Shown here: piece after piece, positions 12,563-22,697 of the stretch
How the letters are laid out: each line of letters starts with the position of its first letter
How positions within the stretch are numbered: position 1 is the first letter of the stretch
Assembly (NCBI GenBank): GCA_043228905.1
Contig: JBHGNT010000011.1
Coordinates: 11,160,001-11,224,000, forward strand
Reading direction: 5' to 3'
Source: Azolla caroliniana
Lineage: Eukaryota; Plantae; Polypodiophyta
Length of the DNA stretch: 64,000 nucleotides
Program-made: the position numbers and the translations under genes
The notes under the pieces: generated by a model
What the model was told of the DNA's origin: nothing
Database searches by the model: none
Seen by the model: the letters and a program-made list of their open reading frames with translations, nothing else

Positions 12563-13258
12563 TGTTGTGGAGAAAACTGTCCCTAGGAGAAATCAGTGGA
12601 TGATATGCATGAACCGGCCCTTACACATGGGCACATGTTTTGATAGATTTATATACATAGTTAAGTACAGGCCGGAGAGGTAACTATCCTAGGTATCACT
12701 AGTTCATTAAGTAGGGAATCGAGGAGAATAATAGGAATTAAATGGTCTGTAAATGGCTCTCTCCTTGTGCTATAAAGGAAGAGGAAAGGGGTTTGAGTAG
12801 GGATCGCAAGGGGCTTGACTAGTTCATTAAGTAGGGAATCGAGGAGAATAATAGGAATTAAACGGTCTGTAAATGGCTCTCTCCTTGTGCTATAAAGGAA
12901 GAGGAAAGGGGACGAAGTGCTATCAGACTGGGAACCAAGCTCTGTCCTCCACCATCGTTGTCGCTTTTGTAAGAATTTGGGTTAGGTTGGCTGCTTCTGC
13001 TGCGTGAAAGCCCGCGTGCTTCTGGTAGAGGTTCCACCACGTATTTTAGGGTGTGCGTTCATCTGTGTCTGGTTTATCACCGGCTTACCAGTTGTAACAT
13101 TGGAAGCTGTAATCTATATTGTTATTGGATTTGATTCTTTCATTTTCTGTCTCTCTGTGTTTCTACGAGTCTCTCTCTTTCTCTCCCTCTCACGCTCCTT
13201 GGTTTAGGGCCCCTGTGGTCCCGCCTTATTTCCTACGCGTGAGTGTAACAACACGACA
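12563..13258 (+). repeat. 3' LTR of Gypsy A (696 bp; internal ~94-bp duplication)
   Basis: Direct repeat of 20-622, preceded by PPT GGTGGGGGCGGA; 12698-12791 is duplicated at 12818-12911. Confidence 0.92.
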
Positions 13259-13562
13259 ACGACATTCGTCACTGAATGGGGAGTCTTCGTCGCAGTGGTA
13301 ATGATGTTTGGGCTCAAGACCACGCCGACGACCTTCCAACGAATAATCATGGAAATATTTGACGAGTTCATCCCGACACTCATGCAGGTATTCCTAGATA
13401 CCTTCGCCATGTACAGCCGAGAAGGAGAACACCTTCAACACCTCCGTCTATGTCTTGAGAAATGCAGGAGTTATCGGTTAATCTTACGTGTTCGTTGATG
13501 CGTCCGACATAGCATCGACAACGCACTAATGCAACTGACTGAACCGAAATGGTACCGACCGG

Positions 13563-14203
13563 TGTCGAGGTATTCCTCGCGGATGCGTGGAGTGAGGCGG
13601 GACCTCGGGGGTCCTGTACCGAAGAGTAAGAGAGAGAGAGAGAGACCCACTACGTGCGAGCATAGATTCACAGGGACACGGCCCTTCGACGCAAAGATGC
13701 GAGTGGGACAGCGACACAGAAAGACACGAAAGTATGTATGTATTGACAAGACAAACAACAAGAACACGAAGACAACAAAACACGAAGTCGGTTACAACCG
13801 AACAGGCCGGCGGACAGATGCCAATACCTGTTCGTAAACGCACAGAAAGACAGGAACAAGTTGGAAGTGCTGCCGGAAGCACTCGGGCATTCCTCAGAGC
13901 AGCGCGAGCCTCCCGAAACCTGCACAGAAGGAAGCTATGGAGTCTGCGAACCAGAGAGAGAGAGAGAGAGAGAGACGCCTTCGCGCCCAATCCGACAGCA
14001 CTTCGTCCTCGACTCTCCGCGATGCCTCTACCCTCCTCGTCTCCCTCCTTTTATAGGCAAGGAAGGAGCCGTTTCCCCTTTACTCCCTACCTACCGAATC
14101 TACCTAGGATCTCCTATGTTCAACTTAAGTTGCACGTGCATGAAGAGTCGGTTTCTACGCTCCGGTGCACCGATTCCGCTCGTAGTCGGTTTTCTTCACG
14201 ACA
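13563..14203 (-). repeat. 3' LTR of Gypsy A'
   Basis: TG..CA ends; near-identical to 19902-20542. Confidence 0.95.
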
Positions 14204-14275
14204 TCCTCCCCCACCTAACCGCGCATCCACCGGCATGCGCCAATTGTGTTGGGACGGAGAAAACCGGTCTAGCCT

Positions 14276-17200
14276 TCATTCCCCGCCCGTCGGTTCTTCC
14301 TCGGTTTCGGATCGTTCGTCGTCCCGGTCCAGGTCAACCTGATCCGGCTCGTCGTCGTGACACTTCTTGAACGCTTTGATCCGTTTCCCAGCTACCGGTA
14401 TCGCCACTCTCGTGCCGTCGAGTTCCGCCAGATGGTACGTCCCGTTGTCGTTGGCGCTTTGTACCACGTAAGGCCCGAACCACCTTCTTGCGAACTTCTG
14501 CGTCGCTCGGTGCTGGTTGTCGAGGCTGTTGTCGTAGACTAGCACCCAATCGCCTTCCTCGATCTTCTTCGGTCGGAGCCGGTGCGTCCGGTCGAACCGG
14601 GCTTTGTTCCTCGTCCTGGTCACCCGAAGCTTTTCCGCAGCCTGCTCCATGTCCTCCGGTTTCCGCTCGAGTTGTCGTATGCGCGCCGTCAACAGTTCCT
14701 CCCGGCTCATCTCGTCTCTCCAGTCCACGGTCGCCCATGAGGAGACCGTACGTTCGATTGGCATGATCGGTTTCTGCCCAAACATGAGCTCTGCCGTCAT
14801 GAACCCGGTTACCGAACTGTGTGTAGTCCGGTCAGCCCACAACGCGTAAGGCAGTAGCCGCGGCCAGTTCCCGACTTGACCTCCGCATGCCCGAACTAAT
14901 GCCTTGACGATCGGTCCATGTCCACACTCCACCTTCCCATTTGCCTCTGGATTGTACGCAGTGGTAAGCGAGAGCTTGACCCCTAACCGGTCGAACAGCT
15001 CCTCGGCGTCCAACTCCCCGCGATCAGCCACGATCTTCCCGACGCACCCGTACCGACATATTACGTCCTCGAGCAGGAACCGACATACGGCCGCAGTCGT
15101 TTTGTTCTGAAGGGCCCGACCTTCCACCTGGTTCGTTAGATCTTCCCGAGCCAGGACCAGATACCGCATCTGTCCTACTCCTATTGGCATCGTTACCAGG
15201 TCTACCATCCATTTGAAGTGGATGGTCGGAGGGTACGTAGGGTGAAGTTCGTCCCGGTGTCGGACTACGGAGTGCATCTGACAGCTCTCGCAAGTTGTCA
15301 CGAATCGATGCACGTCCCGGTACAGTCCCGGCCACCAGTACTTCCCCTTTATCTTCTCGAACGTGGCCCAGGTTCCACGGTGTCCGGCCCAAGGGCTGTC
15401 GTGGTAGGCCGTCAGCAGCTCCTCCTGTTCTTTCTGCATCGCCACCACCCAGAGCGGAGCGCCGTCCCTCTTCTTCGGGTGCTTCCATAAGTATCCGTCC
15501 TAGAGAAAGAATCGGTAAGCTTTCTTCCGGATCCGGTTGGCCTCGTCCTTCGTCCATGATGCATCCGGCGTCATTGTCCTCAAGAATCCACCGATCTGGA
15601 GCCACTCGCCGTCGTACTTGCTCTCGTCGAAGTCGTTAAGTGCCGGAGTGCTCGTCCCATCGGTCGTCACGTACGCCGCCTCGAAGAAGTCCACGCCGAC
15701 TTCTTCGTCCTCCGAAACCATGCCGCCCTCGTCATCAAACCTCGCCCTCGAAAGCATGTCGGCCATGGCGTTGTCCTTTCCGGAAATGTGTCGTATCTCC
15801 GGGTCCAGGGATTTGATGTACGCTATCCACCTGAGCATCGCCAGGTCCGGTGTCGTGCATCCGGAAACCATGCCAAGAATCGGCAGGCAATCCGTCTCGA
15901 TAATCACTTCTGTCCCGATCAGGTAGTCTTTGTCCGCCTTTACCGCCGAAACGATACCCCAGAGCTCGCGTTTAACCTGGGCGTACCCTCGCTGTCGCTC
16001 ACTGAGGACCTTAGCGCCGAATCGGATCGGGAACCGGGTGCCGTCCTCGTCTTCTTGGTTGACGACCCATCCGATCCCGGTCGGGCTCGTATCCACCGTT
16101 ATGTATACCGGGGTACCCTTCTCGTAGACAGCCTTCCGGAGCGCCGGTGCCGCCGCAAGAGCTTCCTTCAACTTCCGGACCGACCCCGTGTGCTCGTCTC
16201 GCCACTCGAATCTTTGCCCCTTCTTCAGCAACCCGTATAGTGGCTCCGCAACGTGGGCGTAATGCGGGATCCATATGTGGTAGAACGCGCATGCCCCTAG
16301 GAACCTCCGAACTTCCGTAACCGAGCTACAGTCGATCTTCATCGCGGAGATGGCTTCTACCTTTGCCGGAGACGGCTTCCGGCCATATGGTCCACATAGA
16401 TGCCCGACCACCAGGATTTCTGATTGCCCGAAGGCCGATTTCTCCCCGGAGAAGGTGAGCCTCGCATCCTCTAGCCTTTGTAGCACCTTCTCGCAGTCGT
16501 CGATGTGTGTTGCTACGAATCGCCGGCATCCATCCGGCCCGAGTGCCTCGTCCTTCTCTTCCACCGGGCACCCTTTGATGGGGATGTCGTCTAGAAACGG
16601 CATGGTGATGTCCGGGATGCAATCCCTCAGTACTTTGTTCATTGCATTCACCATGTGGGCCACCGAGTTGGTCCCTCCTTGTGGCAGGGTACACATTCGC
16701 ACTAGGCCGAGGGGAGTTCGCATTGTCGTAATGTCTCTGCTCTCCACGGCTAGCTGGAACTGGTCGTACCCCGAGTACAGATCACCGACCGAGTAAATCG
16801 ACCTTCCGGCGAAGGCCTCCGCGAACTCGTCTATGGTCGGTCCGATTCCTGCGTTCCGGATGGTCACTCTATTGACCGGCTGCAGGTCCTGAATGAAGCG
16901 CAATGTTCCGTTTTTCTTTTGTACGGTAAACCATCAGTTCGAGTATGGCGCGCTCGACGGTTCGAGAATACCCATATCGACTTTCTGCCTCAATAGCTCC
17001 ATCAACTTCGGGATGTGAGCTCTCGGTACTGGAATCGGCTTGAGATTCCACGGTACATGTGGTACCGTGAATATCACCATCGGCTCCACGATCGTCGGGT
17101 CTACGCACCCGATTTCTTCCGGCGAGAATGCGAAGGCTTTCCCGTGCTTTCCGAGCATCCTCCGAAACCGGTCTTCCTCCGCAGACAGTAGGAACCCGCC

Positions 17201-17734
17201 CCCACCGATCCTGAGCTCCCGGAGCGTCCCGTCGGTGAAGGTGTGTCCTATGCAGGCCGGGTCTCGTAAACTGGGGTCCGACGCCACCCCTCTGATTCGG
17301 AACTCGCTGCCCTCCGGCAAGGGTTCCGCGACTGGCCTTACCTTCCGGTCCACAACCTTGTACTTCGTGCTAACTCGGGCCGTCCGATCCGACCCGAGCC
17401 CCTGACTGAAGTTCGCGATGACTTTGTACATCTCTTCGGAACATACCGGTATCGTCCGGTCTTCGTTAAGGTCTTCTCCGGCTACCTTCCTCAACATTCC
17501 CAAGGTGTCGTCGAAGGAGACCGTCTCCACGGCTTCGCTGATTTCCTCGTCCGGGCCAAGAACTCCGCACGCTCGAAGTCGCACTTCCGCCCTTGTCTTT
17601 TCTCGGCCAACAATGCCGACTATCATACACCCTCCATTGTTGGAGAAGCAAAATTTTCTACCTATCGTACAGTCGTGGGGTCTTTCCCGAGTGTCCGGAC
17701 TGTCTCGGCCCCACGCCTTGGCAGCCCTCTCTAA
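14276..17734 (-). pseudogene. Gypsy A' pol (RT-RNase H-integrase), one frame with two in-frame stops
   Basis: ORFs 16934-17626, 15500-16903 and 14276-15448 share one frame (stops TGA 16934-16936, TAG 15500-15502); motifs DLYSGYDQ, FLDD, YHDSPWAGHRG, WFGPY. Confidence 0.93.
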
Positions 17735-19857
17735 AAATCCTCCCGGTTCTCGCCACCGAGGGATTCGCGGTTCCTCTCGTGATTCGGTCTCACGGTCAGA
17801 AATTGGACCGAATGGCGCCCGTCCTGGCTTTTGACCCTTGCGTAGGCCGAACCGTTGTCTAGCACCTTGGTCTCCATTCGAGCTGCCGTGATGTATGGTT
17901 CCCCTAATATGACCGGATGCGAAGATGTCTCCTGTACGAAGAAGTGCTGGTCAATCTCGACGTCGCCGATCTTGACTCGCACGTTCGGGCAGGCCCCATG
18001 CAGTTCCTCGGTGGCGCGCGTCGCCGCCCGTATCTTCCACCCGTGCTTGGTGTTGATCGGCCACTTCCCCTTCTTATAGAAGTCCATGGACATTAGGTTT
18101 ATTTCCGAACCGTGGTCCACGAATGCCACCACCGGTTCCCGAACATCTCCGATCTTTACCGGGATCTCCGTGGTCGCTCGGGCCCAGTGTGGCCTCGAAT
18201 AGTGGCTCTCCGCCCACTCATCTGCCAGCGCCGAGTCATCGATGTGCGTCGTCCGCACCTCTACCGGTCTTTCCGGATCCGTCTCCGTTGACAGCCTCTT
18301 CCGTTTCACCAGGTCCACAATGGAGTCATGGAATTCCTTCTTGGCGATCCCTAGCACCTCTCGCAATGACAGCTCCACTTTGCTGTCGAGGATCCGTTCC
18401 TCTAGGACCTTCCGTAGGTCCGTAGTCCTTTCTATTTCTGTCCCCAGTCGGTACCCGCCCTTCCTGGGGTTATCTTGCGGGCCGGGCCCACCGGCATCGT
18501 TCCGTTGTTGTTCGAATCGGGTCTGGTACCGTTGTGAGGGCCCGGTCGCTCCGGCTTTCCCCACTCGTTTCTCTTCTACTAGAGCCTCGTAGTTCCGGCA
18601 AGCGGCTTCTACGAAGCCCGTCTTCTCCTCGACCGGATCGCTCCACCTGGTTATTTCCCGGACCCGTCTCTCAGCGTGGTCCGTTTCATCTTTCCTCAGT
18701 CGCGCGCCGGCGAGGCCTTCCAGCATTGCCGACCAGAAACCGTCTTTGCTCTCCTTTCGGGTCTCGCTGCCCCCGACCCGAATACCGGTCGACGCCGAGT
18801 AGTGGATGGCCTCCACGTGTCGGGCCGCTGCCTCTTCCATCAGTCTCTTCATACCTCCTCGCCCGTCGTTTCGGCTCAGGGCCCTCCTAGTGTCGCCAGC
18901 GTGCACCCGGCCTTCCCACAGGTACACCACCCGGTTTCTCAACGCCTCTGCGAAATCGCCGCAGTCCTTCCGAATGTGGCCGACCTCGTCGCACCACATG
19001 CACCTATTCCCCGCTGCCGGCCGTCGGTCACGAGCCGGTTCGCCGCCTTCCCTTCGAGTCTGGGCGATCTGGAGATCCTTTATCGCCCGCGTCAACTCCT
19101 CTAGGGCGGCTCCTCCGGACGAGCCATTGACCATGCTGGTCGAAGCCGGACCGGTTTCGAGCCATTCCCGAGTTTCTTCCCTTCGCACTTGCGGTGCCGG
19201 TTCAAGCCTCCTTGCTGTAACAGAGCCCGCACCTGCCGCCCCGTTGTCAGCCCATTCTCGCCGTTTGTCGAAACGGCCACAAACTCTCTTAACCGCAGCC
19301 CAGTCGGTTGTCAGCCCGTCTTCAGTTTCCAGCAAGGAGCCGACTTGATCCCGGTCCCGCTCGTCCACCGACTTGACGAACAGTAGGACCCGGCTCGTAT
19401 CCAGAATGGTTCGGTCAAGCGCCGAAAGGCGTGCAAAGCGTTCTTCAAACTCCCGGAGGAGTGCCAACGCGTTTCTTCCCTTGCCAGGGAACTCCACCCA
19501 TTCCATGAAGTCCCGTTTCGAAAGCCGGAGCGCGTCGTCCAGCCCATATTTCTCTAGGAGTCGGCCTTCGAACTCCTCCCAGGTACGGCTCTCCACCCGT
19601 ACCTCGAGCACCTCCGCATGGATGCTCGGCATCGCCACTCGAGGGAACCCGGCAAGACGCCTCTCTTCCGGAATGTCCCGCATCAGCATTTCCGCCCCGT
19701 CGGACGCCAAATACTTCGTAGCATCCTTTCCGCTGAAACGGCCGATCGTACCGACGACCGCCTCAATGGCTCTGTCGACGGCACCGGTGCCCTCGCGTGT
19801 GCTCAATATCCGATCCACGGCCGAAGCCATGGCCTCTGCAAGATCCGACCCCCTCAT
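17731..19857 (-). CDS. Gypsy A' Gag-protease polyprotein (~708 aa)
   Basis: Open frame from the ATG at 19857 just after the PBS; zinc knuckle CMWCDEVGHIRKDC; aspartic protease VAFVDHGSEINLMS...VILGEPY. Confidence 0.9.
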   Translation of the reverse strand: MRGSDLAEAMASAVDRILSTREGTGAVDRAIEAVVGTIGRFSGKDATKYLASDGAEMLMRDIPEERRLAGFPRVAMPSIHAEVLEVRVESRTWEEFEGRLLEKYGLDDALRLSKRDFMEWVEFPGKGRNALALLREFEERFARLSALDRTILDTSRVLLFVKSVDERDRDQVGSLLETEDGLTTDWAAVKRVCGRFDKRREWADNGAAGAGSVTARRLEPAPQVRREETREWLETGPASTSMVNGSSGGAALEELTRAIKDLQIAQTRREGGEPARDRRPAAGNRCMWCDEVGHIRKDCGDFAEALRNRVVYLWEGRVHAGDTRRALSRNDGRGGMKRLMEEAAARHVEAIHYSASTGIRVGGSETRKESKDGFWSAMLEGLAGARLRKDETDHAERRVREITRWSDPVEEKTGFVEAACRNYEALVEEKRVGKAGATGPSQRYQTRFEQQRNDAGGPGPQDNPRKGGYRLGTEIERTTDLRKVLEERILDSKVELSLREVLGIAKKEFHDSIVDLVKRKRLSTETDPERPVEVRTTHIDDSALADEWAESHYSRPHWARATTEIPVKIGDVREPVVAFVDHGSEINLMSMDFYKKGKWPINTKHGWKIRAATRATEELHGACPNVRVKIGDVEIDQHFFVQETSSHPVILGEPYITAARMETKVLDNGSAYARVKSQDGRHSVQFLTVRPNHERNRESLGGENREDF

Positions 19858-19901
19858 CTTCTGCTCTTCTGCCGCCTCTTTCACGTCGGGTTCACCAAAT
19901 A

Positions 19902-20542
19902 TGTCGAGGTATTCCTCGCGGATGCGTGGAGTGAGGCGGGACCTCGGGGGTCCTGTACCGAAGAGTAAGAGAGAGAGAGAGAGACCCACTACGTGCGAGC
20001 GTAGATTCACAGGGACACGTCCCTTCGACACAAAGATGCGAGTGGAACAGCGACACAGAAAGACACGAAAGTATGTATGTATTGACAAGACAAACAACAA
20101 GAACACGAAGACAACAAAACACGAAGTCGGTTACAACCGAACAGGCCGGCGGACAGATGCCGATACCTGTTCGTAAACGCACAGAAAGACAGGAACAAGT
20201 TGGAGGTGCTGCCGGAAGCACTCGGGCATTCCTCAGAGCAGCGCGAGCCTCCCGAAACCTGCACAGAAGGAAGCTATGGAGTCTGCGAACCAGAGAGAGA
20301 GAGAGAGAGAGAGACGCCTTCGCGCCCAATCCGACAGCACTTCGTCCTCGACTCTCCGCGATGCCTCTACCCTCCTCGTCTCCCTCCTTTTATAGGCAAG
20401 GAAGGAGCCGTTTCCCCTTTACTCCCTACCTACCGAATCTACCTAGGATCGCCTATGTTCAACTTAAGTTGCACGTGCATGAAGAGTCGGTTTCTACGCT
20501 CCGGTGCACCGATTCCGCTCGTAGTCGGTTTTCTTCACGACA
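19902..20542 (-). repeat. 5' LTR of Gypsy A'
   Basis: Followed on the minus strand by TATT + PBS TGGTGAACCCGACGTGAA. Confidence 0.95.
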
Positions 20543-22349
20543 CCGGTTTATTATGCCAGTCGAAAGCTATCCCAGGTAGAACGAAATTATTCAACAACAG
20601 AAAGAGAAGCCTTAGGAATGATTTACAGTGTTACCAAGTTCAGGCACTATTTATTGGGAAGGAAATTTGCATTTCTTGTTGACCACTCAACGCTATTATA
20701 CTTGGTCTCCAAGGCATTGCTCACCGGCAAGCTGGCCCGATGGACATTGTTGCTACAAGAGTTTGAGTTCGAAATATATCACCGGCCGGGAATACAACAT
20801 GTGATTGCTGATTATCTGAGCCGGTTAGACTCCAGCGAGACCAGTGATGGATTCCTGGATGTCGAGTTGTTTAAAGTAACAGCAGAAACGACAGCAGATA
20901 GCACGGTAGTCGACGAAGACAAGTGGCTAACCAACATGCATCAATTCCTAAGCACGGGACTCCCACTGGAGGAAATGAACCGGGATGAGCAGAAGCGGTT
21001 AGCAGTACAAAGCTAACATTTTTGTCTACTACAAGACACCCTGTACCACAAAGGCACGGATGGCATATGGCGGCGAGTAGTGCGAAGTGACGAAAAGGAC
21101 ACAATATTACGAGAAGCGCACTGTGGCGTTGCCGGAGGGCACTATGCCGGGGACGCCCCGACAAGAAAGATATGGCACAACAGGCTATGATGGCCGACGA
21201 CACTGAAGGACTCGGTTCGGTACGCGAAAGACTATGATTTATGTCAATGAATGGGCCACCCAACAGAATAGGCAAGGATGCCTCACCAGCCGGTGCTACC
21301 CTTAGAGCCATTTCAGAAATGGGGGCTGGATTTTGTTGGACCGTTTAAACCTTCGGCAATGAGAACCGGCAACAAATATGTTATAATCGCCACCGATTAT
21401 TACACCAAGTGGGTAGAAGCCAAGGCTTTGCTGGACAACACTATGGCATCAATGGCAAAGTTCTTATATGAGTACATCTGTTGCCAGTATGGATGCCCGA
21501 TCGAGTTAATTAGCGACCAAGGCGGACATTTTCTCGACCAAGTAGTAGAGAGCTTAACAACATTCTATGCAGTGGTACATAAGTGCAGTACCCCTTATTA
21601 TCCACAGGCCAATGGACTGGCCGAATCCACAAACAAAACGCTCCAAAACATCATGCCGAAGATCGTCAATGAAAACTGGACCGATTGAGACACGAAGCTG
21701 AATAGCGCACTATGGGCATACCGGACGACATACAAAACAAGTATCCAGTCAACACCATTCCAGTTAGCATTTGGGCTAGAAGCAGTAGTACCGATCAAAT
21801 TTCAGGTTCCAAGTTTGCGGATATAGGTTAGAGAATCGACTAAGTGAAAAGGAATCAGAAAACATCTGATTAGCTGCATTATGCGAACTCGAGGAGCATC
21901 GGATAGCGAGTCTCATGCAGTTGGAACTGGAACAACGACGAAGGAAGGCGTTTGTCGATCGGCACTGGAAGGGCAATGAGAAGATGTTCGGAATCGGCAA
22001 GCCGGTACTGGTGTTCCAGACCCGGATAGGTCAGATGCCGGGAAAGCAACGGTTCCGGTGGATCGGACCGTATTGGATAACGCGGGAATTCAACGGTTCA
22101 TACGAGCTTGGAACGCTCGCCGGTGTGATAATGGGCAAATGGGTCAATGGGTTTCAACTCAAACCATATTGTGGACCTATGCCACAGAATCCGTTCAAGC
22201 AGACGGAGGCTGATGCCACAAGAGGAAGCGGTAAACAAGTACCCAACAATCAGGCGGAGCCGGCGTTACCGGATAACGACAAACATGTGGCTGGCAAATG
22301 TGAATATGGGGAAAAACCAGGATTCGAACCCGGTGCTTCCGGTAACTAA
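20543..22349 (+). pseudogene. Gypsy D RNase H and integrase, disrupted
   Basis: KFRHYLLGRKF..VDHS, LARWTLLLQEFEFEIYHRPG, AHCGVAGGHY, WGLDFVGPF, RWIGPY. Confidence 0.9.
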
Positions 22350-22697
22350 AAAACTCAACTGTAAAAAAAAAAGGAAAAAAAAGAAAAAGAAAAGTCATCA
22401 TGTAGAGGCGGGAAGCGAATGGGCACTTTGAAAAGGTGTGGTTGGTGGCTAATTAAAGCCCTTTAAAAAACCGCACCACGTGTCAACCGAGTGCTATATT
22501 AGTACAAGAAGTGCATGCACGGGAATCAAGAAAAGGCGCCACACATGGAGAAAGAAAATCTCCGCCACGCAGAGTCCCTTTCATGTCGCGAACACAGAGA
22601 TGTCAGTGCACACAGGCGATTATGAGTGATCAGGCGAGAGCAAACATAACACATAGGCGCACCAATCTTACCACAACCTACCGACTCTGACGACGAC

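Larger units (their letters stand above)
20..13258 (+). mobile_element. Ty3/Gypsy LTR retrotransposon A (tRNA-Trp PBS, 4-bp TSD), decayed, interrupted by Copia B
   Basis: LTRs TGTCG..CGACA (20-622) and TGTTG..CGACA (12563-13258); PBS 629-646; PPT 12551-12562; gag-PR-RT-RH-INT order. TSD ACGG (16-19)/ACGA (13259-13262); removing one copy restores host codons K-T-A-F. Confidence 0.93.
13563..20542 (-). mobile_element. Ty3/Gypsy retrotransposon A' (6980 bp), near-intact and young
   Basis: Two 641-bp LTRs (13563-14203, 19902-20542) with ~7 visible mismatches; perfect 4-bp TSD CCGG (13559-13562/20543-20546); tRNA-Trp PBS 19880-19897; PPT 14204-14220. Confidence 0.96.

Noticed and set aside
13471-14370. 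150-200-aa ORFs over the A' LTRs (repeated at 19892-20682) and antisense ORFs over gag/pol
   Set aside because: Shadow frames in GC-rich LTR and TE sequence; they are duplicated only because the LTR is duplicated.
19858-20106. N-terminal 83 aa of the 791-aa ORF
   Set aside because: It runs through the LTR and PBS; homolog A starts at the ATG equivalent to 19857.
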